A DNA stretch of 63,889 nt, the filler included, from an uncultured bacterium (lineage in GTDB: Bacteria; CAZSTA01), in NCBI GenBank assembly GCA_964609495.1. It is 10 parts of 10 records of this genome, joined end to end, with 100 filler letters (N's around TTAATTAATTAA, not from the genome) between each part and the next. Parts side by side here need not be neighbours in the genome. Positions count along the whole stretch, not along the records: positions 45,278 to 51,497 come from CAZSTA010000210.1; positions 51,598 to 57,816 come from CAZSTA010000211.1; positions 57,917 to 63,889 come from CAZSTA010000216.1; 7 more parts are not named here. One strand, 5' to 3'. The stretch's first letter is position 1, and the number at the start of each line of letters is the position of its first letter. Under the pieces are notes generated by a model that saw only the letters and a program-made list of their open reading frames with translations, searched no databases and was not told the origin of the DNA. Made by a program: the position numbers and the translations under genes. Shown in pieces: positions 48,565-58,717 of this stretch.

Positions 48565-51497
48565 ATGAGTAAGAGGAAGATCGGTAAGGGATTTCAAGAT
48601 CCAGGGGCTATCTTTCGACCAGCGCCCTTTTGGTTCTGGAATCACGAATTAACGGATAAAGAGCTAATCTGGCAGATCAGAGAGATGAGAGATAAAGGAA
48701 TGGGCGGATTCTTTATGCATGCCCGCCATGGTCTCAAGACCCCATATTTATCGAAGGAGTGGATGGATCGGACCAGAGCTTCTATAGAAGAGGCCAAAAC
48801 TTTGGGGATGAAAGCCTGGCTATACGATGAGGATAATTGGCCTAGTGGAACTGCTAGCGGTCGGGTTATAAAGGAGAATCCAGCCTATCGGATGTCCGCT
48901 CTCCACGTTGGTCAAGAATGGGAAGTTAAGGGCAATCAGAGGATAGAGAAGAAGTTAGAGGTAGAAGATGGATTATACGCAGTCCTTGCTATCCCTTTAG
49001 AAGGGGATAAATTAATTGGAGTTCCTGATGAAGTGCTTGATATCACTAAGCAAGTTAAGGACAGTATGCTCACTTGGAAAGCTCCTCGGGGGAACTGGAA
49101 GGTTATATCCCTCGTTAGAAATTATTACCGCGCATATTTCATCGGTGGTTATGTGGACACCTTGAATAAGGACGCGATCAAACGCTTTATCGAGCTTACC
49201 CACCAGGTATATGTCGAGGAGTTTCGGGATTATATGCCCGAGGTAGTCCCTGGCATATTCACCGATGAGCCATCGGGATATTATAGCGGTATTAAGGGGA
49301 GTTTAGGGATACCTTGGACCGATAGCTTGCCGGAGGAATTCTCCCTTCGTTGCGATTATGATCTTAAGAGAGCTCTTCCTGCTCTCTTCTTCGATGTTGG
49401 TCCTGAGACCGCTAAGGTAAGATGCGATTTCTACGAGACCTTCACTCAAATGTATATAGCAGCTTTCCATGAACAGATATATGGATATTGTGATCAATTC
49501 GATCTATCTTTAGTGGGTCATCCTAATTCGGAGGGAGAGCTTTTCAATCAGATCAAACAGCATGGGGATATCTTCCGCCTCTTCGAGTATATGCACTATG
49601 CAGGAGTCGATCATCTCTTCGAGGAGACTTGGCCAGCCGAGGGATTCTCGACTAATAACTTAGTTGGTCCCAAGTTCGTGAGTTCAGCCGGACATCTCTT
49701 CCAAAAGCCACATGTGATGAGCGAAGCCTTTGGAGTGGCGGGGCAGTGGAAGATCAACTTGAGAACGCTCAAGTGGTTGGGTGATTGGCAGGTCGCTTTA
49801 GGTATCAACTATTTCTGTCAGCACGCCTTCTACTACTCCCTCCAGGGCTTTCGCAAGACCGAATGTCCTCCAGGGGAGTTCTATCAATCTCCCTTCTGGC
49901 CTTACTACAAGATATTCGCTGATCACCTCTCTCGATTAAGCTATGTCTTCACCGAGGGACGCCATATAGCTCCGGTCGCGGTGCTTTATCCGAATAAGAG
50001 TATGTGGTCTTATATGAATCCCGGTCCTACCGAGGAGACCAAGAATATCGAGGAGAGTTTGAACGAGGTTAGCGCTCTTCTGCTGAAGCACCATTATGAC
50101 TATGATTATATCAGCGAGGAGTTTCTTCAGAAGGCTAGTTTTAAGGGGGGAAGAATAAAGATCGATGACGAAGGGGGAAAACTTATCGAGAGCTATGAAC
50201 TCCTCGTTATGCCGAATTGCACCACTGTATCACAAAAGACCCTCGATTTCATCGGGATGTTTAGCGATAGGGGAGGGAAAATCATCGCCTTGGAAACGCT
50301 TCCCACCCTCTCCATAGAGAAAGGCGAGGATAGCACGATCGTGGAGGGATTCAGCGATCTATTTGGCGAGGGAGTATATAAGTGGATAGAGGATAATGAG
50401 GAGGGCGTTTGGAAGAACGACAAAGGCTCTGCAATCCTAATAAAAGGGTTGGACAGTAACAAGTTAGGTGAAACCCTGTCTGACTTGTGTAAACCTGATG
50501 TGGTGATAGAAGATGAGCGAGGTCCAATAAAGGATATAGTCTATTTGCACTATCTCCGCGATGGATTGCACTTCTATCTATTCGTTAATACCTCACGGGG
50601 GAATACTCGTCAAGCGAGGATAACTTTAAGTCAGAAGGGACTTATGGATTATTGGGATACCTTTACTGGAGAGATGAAGCCCTTCTATCAGTATAATATC
50701 ACCTCTCGGGGAGTGGAGTTTGAGCTAGAATTTGAACCTACCCAGTGTTACCTCTTCTCGCTCGAGCCGAAGAGAAAGATCCCCGAAGATCGTCCCTTTA
50801 TAGTTGAGGCGAATGTCAAGGTGGATAGTTTGGAGAGAGATGGGGATAAACACGAGCTTTCCGTTTCAGTCCGCGATGTTCGGAGAGGTTATGCGGTGGT
50901 CAAAATGGGAGAGCAGAAGAGTAGATTCGAGGCAGAGATGGGGGCTGATCTCGATCCAATAATCCTTAGAGATGAATGGAGGTTCAAGACTGAGAAGCCC
51001 AATGCTCTTCCCTTACGAGAATGGGTATATAGGCACTCGATGTATTCGGTATCCCGCGGCTTTTATCAGACCGCTCATAGATATGAGACCACTATATTGG
51101 TGGAGGAAGTTCCTAACGAGGCTCGTTTGATGCTCGATGGGGAGATGGTGGATAAGGTATGGCGAGGAAGCTCCGATCCGGATATTAGGATAAGTATCAA
51201 TGGTGGAGATATTGGGCAGGTTGAGGGAGGAGATCTCTTTGGTCTTCGCGATCTCTCTGCTTTCAAGGAAGGTAAATATCTCGATCACTATACGAAAGAG
51301 GTTGATATAGGCGAGTTTATTCAACCGGGAGAGAATAAGATCGTCATTACCTCTACCAATGTCGCAGGTATGTATGAGACTTCTAACCTCACTGAGCCAC
51401 CGATATTGATCGGTCATTTCGCTCTACATCAACAAGATGGAAGATGGGTTATCGGTAAAGAGGGGCACATACTGAGAACTGGTTCTTGGGCTGACCA
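48565..51497 (+). CDS. GH106 (alpha-L-rhamnosidase-like) glycoside hydrolase, 3' truncated
   Basis: RPAPFWFWN, GGFFMHAR.GL, WLYDEDNWPSG, GIFTDEP, VMSEAFG. Confidence 0.8.
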
Positions 51498-51597
51498 NNN
51501 NNNNNNNNNNNNNNNNNNNNNNNNNNNNNNNNNNNNNNNNNTTAATTAATTAANNNNNNNNNNNNNNNNNNNNNNNNNNNNNNNNNNNNNNNNNNNN

Positions 51598-51725
51598 GTT
51601 CAAGATATAAATTCCCCCCTCACCCTAGCCCTCTCCCACGAGGGGAGAGGGAACACAATTAAGTCCCTCTTGATGATTCTTCCCCCTCCCTTGATGGGAG
51701 GGGGTTAGGGGAGGGTGATTTAAAT
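51598..51725 (-). repeat. REP/MITE copy, opposite orientation, at the scaffold start
   Basis: GTTCAAGATATAA...CCCTCACCCTAGCCCTCTCCCACGAGGGGAGAGGG...GGGGGTTAGGGGAGGGTGATTTA. Confidence 0.8.
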
Positions 51726-51747
51726 CGAATATTCGAGGGATTCTTCG

Positions 51748-52915
51748 TTATTCCAATTCATCTACGGAGACCATTCGCTTCTCCTTGATAGCCTTCTCCG
51801 CAGCCAAAGCGATAACTATGCTCTCCTTTCCGACCGATCCATCAGCGAAGGTTGGTTTGCCAGTCTTCACACACTCTAGGAACTCAACGTGTTGCCTAAA
51901 TCCACCATAATGCCCAAATCCTCTCTCCTCCGCCACTTCATAATCTATCCTATCTGGTTTATCATATCCCCAAACGGTCACCTTTCTAGCGTTGACGAGG
52001 CTCTCCAACTTACCATGATTCCCTATCGCGCCGATCTCTAGATCATTGCCATAGGGGGAGAAGAAGCATAATCCTAAAGAGACTCGGGCGCCATTCTCAT
52101 ACTCCGCTATTATCCAAGCATTATCGACGATCTCGCTATCCTCTATCACCATCCGTTCTCCGCTTATCACCAGACTTTCGAACTCCTTGCCCTTTTTAAT
52201 CACGTTCTGACCTCCGAAAGCGGATACTCTCACTGCCTTCGCTTCGATCATCCAGTTGAAGATATCGAAGTGATGGCAGTTCTTCTCCACTATCGCTCCT
52301 CCAGAAGGTGTTTGCTTGAACTTCCAGGGAGCGGAGAAGGGGACTCGGAATTCCTTGCACCACATCATTTGCAAATCGCCGATATCTCCGCGAGCTATGA
52401 TCTCCTTCATCTTGCGGAAGAAGTTCGAGTAGCGATAAACTAGACCGACTTGTAACAGCTTCCCTGCCTTCTCACCAGCCGCGATCATCTCATCGCAATC
52501 CTTGAGGGTGGTTGCTAAGGGCTTCTCGCAGAAGACATTGTTTCCGGCCTCAAAAGCCTTTATCACTATCTCCTTATGCGTCCAGTTTGGAGTGGTGACT
52601 AGCACTGCAGAAAGCTCATCCATAGCTAATAAGTCCTCGTAATTCTCGAATAGGGCTGGCTTTCCTTCGACTAGAACGGAGGCTTCGCGAAGCAATTCCG
52701 GATCTATATCACAGAGCGCGGCGATCTCTACCTCCTCTANNNNNNNNNNNNNNNNNNNNNNNNNNNNNNNNNNNNNNNNNNNNNNNNNNNNNNNNNNNNN
52801 NNNNNNNNNNNNNNNNNNNNNNNNNNNNNNNNNNNNNNNCTAGGTGATTGAGGACGGGGATATGCATGCCCCTCGATACTGCAGCCCCAGCCCCTATTAT
52901 CCCGTATTTTATCAT
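51748..52915 (-). CDS. Gfo/Idh/MocA oxidoreductase (spans N-gap 52740-52839)
   Basis: N-terminal YGIIGAG before the gap; after it IAALCD, TPNWTH, VFCEKPL, GGAIVEKNCHHFD. Confidence 0.88.
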
Positions 52916-52933
52916 TTATCTCCTCCTTGAGCT

Positions 52934-53857
52934 TTATTTAGAAATCAAGAATTTCTCTACCTCATCATAAGTGGGTAATGATGGTTGAGCGCCTAGTTTA
53001 GTCACTGAGATAGCACCGACCGCATTAGCATAACGAACTGCCTCTTCAGGAGTCCTCCCTTGAGCTAGAGCGGTAGCTAAGCTCCCGGTGAAGGCATCAC
53101 CTGCCGCGGTGGTATCTACTGCTTCAACGGAGAAGCCCTCTATCAACTCTCCCTTATCACTCTTAACCAGTAAAGCTCCCCTCTCTCCTAAAGTGATGAT
53201 CACTACCCCCACCCCGATCTTGCGTAAGCGTTGCGCGACTTCCTCCGCTTGTTCCGAAGATAGCTGAGGCTTATCCATACCAGTAAGCAGAGCCGCCTCG
53301 TTCTCGTTAGGCAGAAGAAAATCGGTCTTAGCTAGAGCTTCCTCGGAGATCGATCTAGCAGGAGCAGGATTTAGGATAACCTTGACTCCCTCATTATGAG
53401 TTACCTCAATAGTGTACTCAACTACCTCTAACGGAATCTCCAGTTGTAATAGGACAGAATCAGCTTGCTTAATTACTTCCTTAGCTCGATCTATATCCTC
53501 CTTAGTTAGCTTCAAATTGGCTCCCGAGGAGAGGACGATTGTATTTTCTCCTCTATCGTCAACGGTGATTAAAGCTATCCCGCTGGGCGCGGGATCACGA
53601 GCGACATATTGGGTCGATACACCTGATTTCTGGAGATTGTCGAGCAAAGTTGGACCAAAGACATCCTCTCCCACCCTGCCAACCATATTGACCTCTGCTC
53701 CTAATCTAGCGGCAGCTACCGCTTGATTTGCTCCCTTTCCTCCAGGTATCAATTGGAAATCTCTTCCGTGTATAGTCTCCCCGGGTGCGGGAAGATGATC
53801 CGCTTTAATAACTAAATCCATATTAATGCTTCCCACTACTACGATCTTAGGCTTCAT
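52934..53857 (-). CDS. rbsK: ribokinase
   Basis: Start MKPKIVVVGSINMDL; GGKGANQA, NPAP, PNENE, DTTAAGDAF. Confidence 0.93.
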   Translation of the reverse strand: MKPKIVVVGSINMDLVIKADHLPAPGETIHGRDFQLIPGGKGANQAVAAARLGAEVNMVGRVGEDVFGPTLLDNLQKSGVSTQYVARDPAPSGIALITVDDRGENTIVLSSGANLKLTKEDIDRAKEVIKQADSVLLQLEIPLEVVEYTIEVTHNEGVKVILNPAPARSISEEALAKTDFLLPNENEAALLTGMDKPQLSSEQAEEVAQRLRKIGVGVVIITLGERGALLVKSDKGELIEGFSVEAVDTTAAGDAFTGSLATALAQGRTPEEAVRYANAVGAISVTKLGAQPSLPTYDEVEKFLISK

Positions 53858-53882
53858 CTTTATTATCACCCCTTCTGTCTCC

Positions 53883-54917
53883 TTACAGATATTTATCGAA
53901 GAAGTCGAAGGCTTTATTTCCTCCAAACGCATGTGGCCCTGAATGAATATCAGCCTCAAGTTTATCCACCACACCTGCCGCTTCGTATATCCTTTTGAGC
54001 TTCTCATATCCCTTCAGTAGATCCTCGATCGGAAAACACTCATCATAAATTCCCATCTCTACAAGCAGAGGTCTGTCTGCGATAAGTCCAGCTATATCAG
54101 GAGCATCAAGGTATTTGAATATATCTGGAACTACTTGAGAGCCACAGAAGTTGGCGTTATTAATCCCAAATATCTCCCAACTATTTACATAGCTGATAAT
54201 ATCCGCCGCCTTTATCCGGGGTTCGACGGCAGTGGCAAAGGCGGTCATCGTTCCTCCGTAAGAGAGACCCATCATCCCAATCCTCTTCGGATCAACTTCC
54301 TCGCGCGTTTCGAGGTAATCAACACAGCATTTGATATCCCAGATATTCAGGGTCAGCGTGTATATTCCTATGATCATCCCCCGGATGAAGTGGACATTAC
54401 ATTTATCCCGTCCTGGATATGGATCTCCTCCATCATCCCGCTCTCCAAAGACGCGCAGATCAGGGCAGATAGTCAGAAATCCTCTCCTAGCCATCTGTTC
54501 TCCGTAATTATAGTTGTGCGATTGAATATTAGATCTTAGGGCTTCGTTAGCACACACTCCGGCCACTGGTTCCTTCCCAAAGGGACCGTGACCATGAGAG
54601 CAAACGATCGCGCAACCTTTCCTATCGCGAGGCATATCAGCAGAATGAAGCACGTAGCAGGGGACTGACATATCCTCCTCCGAGTCGAATATCACGCGCT
54701 CGCGAATCAATCCATTATCCTCAACTGAATAGATAACTTCAGGGGATAAATCGACTGGCTCGGGGAAATCCCCCAGTAGTTCGAGAAACTTTGCTTCTGC
54801 CTTCTCTCGCCAAGCTTTCCACTCCTCAACGGTCTTCCCTTTGAAGGCCAGCTTTGGCTCCCAATCTTTCGCGCGGCGATTGAAGTATTCTATCATCGAA
54901 AATTGTCTTTTCGCCAT
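53883..54917 (-). CDS. alpha/beta hydrolase (dienelactone hydrolase / Abhydrolase_7-like)
   Basis: HGHG, nucleophile GLSYGG, C-terminal HAF. Confidence 0.85.
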   Translation of the reverse strand: MAKRQFSMIEYFNRRAKDWEPKLAFKGKTVEEWKAWREKAEAKFLELLGDFPEPVDLSPEVIYSVEDNGLIRERVIFDSEEDMSVPCYVLHSADMPRDRKGCAIVCSHGHGPFGKEPVAGVCANEALRSNIQSHNYNYGEQMARRGFLTICPDLRVFGERDDGGDPYPGRDKCNVHFIRGMIIGIYTLTLNIWDIKCCVDYLETREEVDPKRIGMMGLSYGGTMTAFATAVEPRIKAADIISYVNSWEIFGINNANFCGSQVVPDIFKYLDAPDIAGLIADRPLLVEMGIYDECFPIEDLLKGYEKLKRIYEAAGVVDKLEADIHSGPHAFGGNKAFDFFDKYL

Positions 54918-54938
54918 ATATTCCCCCTTTCTATTATA

Positions 54939-55736
54939 TTAGTATATCCCGACCTTTCTATATACCTCCAGAAGATCATCTCCCTTATATAGAAGTGTTT
55001 GGCCATCTATCCTCACGATATCTTTACCATTATAGGACTTGGCATCGACCAGATGAGTCCCCACATAGCGAAGTTGAACAGTTATCGGCGGTTTCACCAC
55101 GAAGGGTTTGACTTGATCGATCTTCTTGATAGCGGCTTTGGCTTTCTCCTTGACCAATTCCCTCGATTTCACTGGAGGGAGGAGAAGAGCGGAATGACGA
55201 CCTATCCCCTCCTTAACGACCGCGGTCTCGATATCTCCGAGCAGTTCCCTGGACTCGGCACAGACCTTATCATCACCAGTTACCAATATCACAGGAACAT
55301 TGAAGTATCCCGCGATGCTGGCGTCTATCCCCACCTCTCCTATGATCATATCATTTAGGCGAAACTCCTGCCAAGTCGCGGAACTCATCGTATGATCTCG
55401 AACTGCCGCTTGAGTGCCGGACTTAGCGTGATAGCCTATAAGGAAGAAGCCGTCAATACTCTCATCGAAGAGGGGAAAGCGGCGGGGATGAGGTCCTCCT
55501 ATGATGAATTTGGCTTCGGGATGTAATTCCTCTATAGGAAAGTTGAAGCCGCTGGAGTGGGCATCTTGGACGATGATCTCCGTGGCTCCTCCCTCTAGCG
55601 CTCCATCAACAACCGCGTTCACCTCCCTGATGAGGAGATAACGAGCTTCCTCATACTCCTTCTTTCCGCGCGTGACCTGCTCTGGGACTACGATCCCTCC
55701 GATTCCTTCCATATCGACAGAGATATAAATTTTCAT
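54939..55736 (-). CDS. M55-family D-aminopeptidase (DppA-like)
   Basis: ISVDMEG, DAH, IGYHAKSG, DHT, GEVG, VTGDD, VKEG. Confidence 0.9.
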   Translation of the reverse strand: MKIYISVDMEGIGGIVVPEQVTRGKKEYEEARYLLIREVNAVVDGALEGGATEIIVQDAHSSGFNFPIEELHPEAKFIIGGPHPRRFPLFDESIDGFFLIGYHAKSGTQAAVRDHTMSSATWQEFRLNDMIIGEVGIDASIAGYFNVPVILVTGDDKVCAESRELLGDIETAVVKEGIGRHSALLLPPVKSRELVKEKAKAAIKKIDQVKPFVVKPPITVQLRYVGTHLVDAKSYNGKDIVRIDGQTLLYKGDDLLEVYRKVGIY

Positions 55737-55901
55737 AGGTTCGCCTCCTAATTTTATTGAATCCTGCCTTCCAAATATAGCGATTAGAATATCATCCTAT
55801 AGAATAGCTGATTTTACCCTTTTTGTCAATAGAAAAATATGGATATGATAGATGGGGTATCCTAGCGCGAAATTTTACGTATATCCGCACTTCCTAAATC
55901 C

Positions 55902-55931
55902 TTGACATCTACTATCGAGATAAGGTATAAT
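55902..55931 (+). promoter_or_regulatory. promoter of folC
   Basis: TTGACA-18nt-TATAAT. Confidence 0.7.
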
Positions 55932-55988
55932 CTAAAGAGATATAGAGCATAGCTGATTAGATGGCTTCCGAGGAAGTGATATAATGGG

Positions 55989-57341
55989 ATGGGTAACACA
56001 ACAACTTTGACCTATCAAGAGGCGATTGATTATATATATAGCTTTATCAATTATGATCGGCTCAGAGAATCTTCTTATGAAGCTAGCTTATCTAAAATGG
56101 AGAGAGCCAGTAAATTACTGAATATATTAGGGGATCCTCATCTTAAGCTCAAGTCGATTCATATAGCAGGAACTAAGGGTAAAGGATCTACTGCCTCGAT
56201 GATCACCTATATCCTAAAAGCGGCGGGGTTCAGAGCAGGTCTTTATACCTCCCCTCATCTGCATACCTTTCGAGAGAGGATAAGGATAAATGAAGATCTT
56301 ATATCTAAGGAAGAATTTGTAGATATGATCTTAAAGATAAGACCAGCTATCAACAAAGTTAATGAAGATATAGTATTAGGGGGAGTAACCTATTTTGATA
56401 CTTTAACAGCTTTGGCTTTCGCCTATTTTTTCGAGAAGAAGGTGGATTTCGCAGTATTAGAGGTGGGAAAGGGAGGAAGATTATGCCCGACTAATTTGGT
56501 GACACCTCTAGTATCGGTTATCACCTCCATAAGCTATGATCATATGGGTAGGTTGGGATATACCTTAACCGAGATATCAGGGGAAAAAGCAGGGATAATA
56601 AAGCCCGGAGGGTTCGTTGTTACCTCTCCGCAAGTTCCAGAGGCGATGGCCGTAGTGAAGAGGACTTGTGAGGAGAAACAAGCTAGATTGATCGAGGTGG
56701 GAAAAGATCTAACGTGGCGAAAGCTCGATGCCAGTTTAGAGGGGCAATATTTCGAGGTCAGAGGGATGAATGATAATTATCCCTCGCTCTTCACGACCTT
56801 ATTGGGTGGCTATCAGTTAGTAAACGCTACCGTTGCTGTTGGAATAGCAGAAGTTCTTCAAAATCAAGGGATCCCCATCACTAGCGAACACATAAGAGAA
56901 GGATTGCGTGAGGCTAAATGGCCAGGGAGGTTGGAGATAGTTCAGCGTGAGAATCCTATGATCGTCTTGGATGGAGCGCATAATGTCGATTCGGCTCAAA
57001 AGTTGGTGAAAGCATTGGCTGAGTATTTCCCCTATCGAAAATTGATAATGGTGATCGGGATTATGGCTGATAAAGATATCCCTGGGATGATGAAGGCTTT
57101 CGTCTCCCTAGCTGATAGGATCGTGGTGACAAGGGCGGATAATCCTCGCTCTGCTTATCCTGAGATGCTCGCTTCAGAACTTGAGAATTATGATGTTCCT
57201 TTTGTGATTGAGACCCCAGTATCATCTGCGATCGAGCAAGCCCGTTCCCTCGCTTCCCCTGGGGATCTAGTCTGTGTTACGGGTTCTTTGTATTTAGTGA
57301 GTGATGCTCGCGATTATATTCTATATCCCGATTTGGAATAA
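55989..57341 (+). CDS. folC: folylpolyglutamate synthase / dihydrofolate synthase
   Basis: HIAGTKGKGST, YTSPHL, ISYDH, EKAGIIK, WPGRLE, LDGAHN, TGSLYLV. Confidence 0.93.
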   Translation: MGNTTTLTYQEAIDYIYSFINYDRLRESSYEASLSKMERASKLLNILGDPHLKLKSIHIAGTKGKGSTASMITYILKAAGFRAGLYTSPHLHTFRERIRINEDLISKEEFVDMILKIRPAINKVNEDIVLGGVTYFDTLTALAFAYFFEKKVDFAVLEVGKGGRLCPTNLVTPLVSVITSISYDHMGRLGYTLTEISGEKAGIIKPGGFVVTSPQVPEAMAVVKRTCEEKQARLIEVGKDLTWRKLDASLEGQYFEVRGMNDNYPSLFTTLLGGYQLVNATVAVGIAEVLQNQGIPITSEHIREGLREAKWPGRLEIVQRENPMIVLDGAHNVDSAQKLVKALAEYFPYRKLIMVIGIMADKDIPGMMKAFVSLADRIVVTRADNPRSAYPEMLASELENYDVPFVIETPVSSAIEQARSLASPGDLVCVTGSLYLVSDARDYILYPDLE

Positions 57342-57389
57342 CTTTTAGGGAGGGGAAAATAAAAGGAGAGTGATCCTATCAAGCAACAA

Positions 57390-57452
57390 ACCCTCTCTCC
57401 TGGTGAGAGAGGGATAGGGTGAGGGGGGAATTATATCTTGAATTCATTAGCG
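57390..57452 (+). repeat. right half of a REP/MITE copy
   Basis: CCCTCTCTCCTGGTGAGAGAGGGATAGGGTGAGGGGGGAATTATATCTTGAATTCATTAGCG. Confidence 0.75.
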
Positions 57453-57489
57453 AATATTTGAAATTACTTAAAAATTGGAGAGAGCAGAT

Positions 57490-57816
57490 ATGACGGACTG
57501 GGATCATAGTAAGACCTGGTATCATGGCTCACCTTTTGAGCTTACAATCATTTGCAAAGAAAGCACAATCACCCAAGATCGCGATCTGGCAAGGGTATTC
57601 TCTCACAAACCGACGCTCGTTTCGATCTCAGATGACGGAACGATCAAACACAATGGCAAAATACCAGGCTTCCTCTATTACATCGCAGAGGATATACAAT
57701 CTGGTGATATCTATCCTCATTCACGTTCTTCTGTGAGGGAGGGGAGGGAATGGTTGACCACCCGGGAGTTACGAGTGGCGCTGATCGGTCCGACCCAGAT
57801 CTTGGAAGAGGAAAGG
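57490..57816 (+). CDS. small protein with ADP-ribosyltransferase (Arr-like) motifs, truncated
   Basis: WYHGS, TITQDRDLARVF, FLYYI, EWLTTRELRV. Confidence 0.45.
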
Positions 57817-57927
57817 NNNNNNNNNNNNNNNNNNNNNNNNNNNNNNNNNNNNNNNNNNNNTTAATTAATTAANNNNNNNNNNNNNNNNNNNNNNNNNNNN
57901 NNNNNNNNNNNNNNNNGAGGGTGATAA

Positions 57928-57971
57928 TTAACAAGATTCCTTGATTGCCTTATTAATTCAGCAAAAACCAA
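57928..57971 (-). repeat. copy of the 44-bp repeat at 13061-13104
   Basis: 43/44 identity; followed on the minus strand by TTATCACCCTC, the start of the REP hairpin. Confidence 0.85.
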
Positions 57972-57972
57972 A

Positions 57973-58713
57973 TCAAAAAGCATTTTTAGGAGGCCATAAT
58001 CCCTTGAAAGCTTCTATGACTCTATCTATATGCTCTTGACCTCCTCCCAAGCAGAAAGGAACGTGACCGGGCAATAGCCCATCAACTCCTAAGCCTGCCA
58101 ATTTGGAGATATTGAGGCGATAATCCTCCAAGGATGATCCAACGCAATTTAATAGGCTTATCGTTCCTCCACAGAAGACTGTATCTCCGCTGAATAGATA
58201 GGTCTTATCTTTCCCCTTTAGTAGATAGCAAATCGAACCCTTGCTATGACCGGGGGTAGCTATAGCCTTAACCTCTAACCTACCTATCGATATCTGCTGA
58301 TCGTCTTCCAATTCGATATCCACTTCACAGGGGTGGAGATGATAGGAGGATGGATAAACGCCATACGCCCTAGCTACATCTAATCCCAGATTCACCTCAT
58401 CTCCTCTCCTGATGAATTCTGCTTCCTCTCTCGAAATAGCAACTTCGGCAGACAATCTATCTCTCAGTTGCTTACTTCCTCCGCTGTGATCGGCGTGACC
58501 ATGCGTTAGCAGAATATATCTGATCTTAGCTGGATCGACTTCCTCAGAAGATATATTGCTGATGATCTTGTCCGTATCAAGCCCCACTCCAGCATCTATT
58601 AGAGCCATCTCTTCCCCACCGTTTAGGAGATAGACATTGCAATCATAATCATTCGATATCCCCAAGCCATTTCTACCACCGCCAACGATATATACCCCTT
58701 CAGCTAGCCTCAT
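57973..58713 (-). CDS. MBL-fold metallo-hydrolase
   Basis: LIDAG, THGHADH, TPGHS, SGD, PGH. Confidence 0.9.
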   Translation of the reverse strand: MRLAEGVYIVGGGRNGLGISNDYDCNVYLLNGGEEMALIDAGVGLDTDKIISNISSEEVDPAKIRYILLTHGHADHSGGSKQLRDRLSAEVAISREEAEFIRRGDEVNLGLDVARAYGVYPSSYHLHPCEVDIELEDDQQISIGRLEVKAIATPGHSKGSICYLLKGKDKTYLFSGDTVFCGGTISLLNCVGSSLEDYRLNISKLAGLGVDGLLPGHVPFCLGGGQEHIDRVIEAFKGLWPPKNAF

Positions 58714-58717
58714 ATCT

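Noticed and set aside
52709-52915. Frameshift or pseudogene in the Gfo/Idh/MocA gene, and likewise at 41405-41647
   Set aside because: The frame change is explained by a fixed 100-N gap of unknown true length.
57973-58713. Metallo-beta-lactamase resistance gene
   Set aside because: No signal peptide; generic HxHxDH hydrolase in an operon with an aminotransferase.
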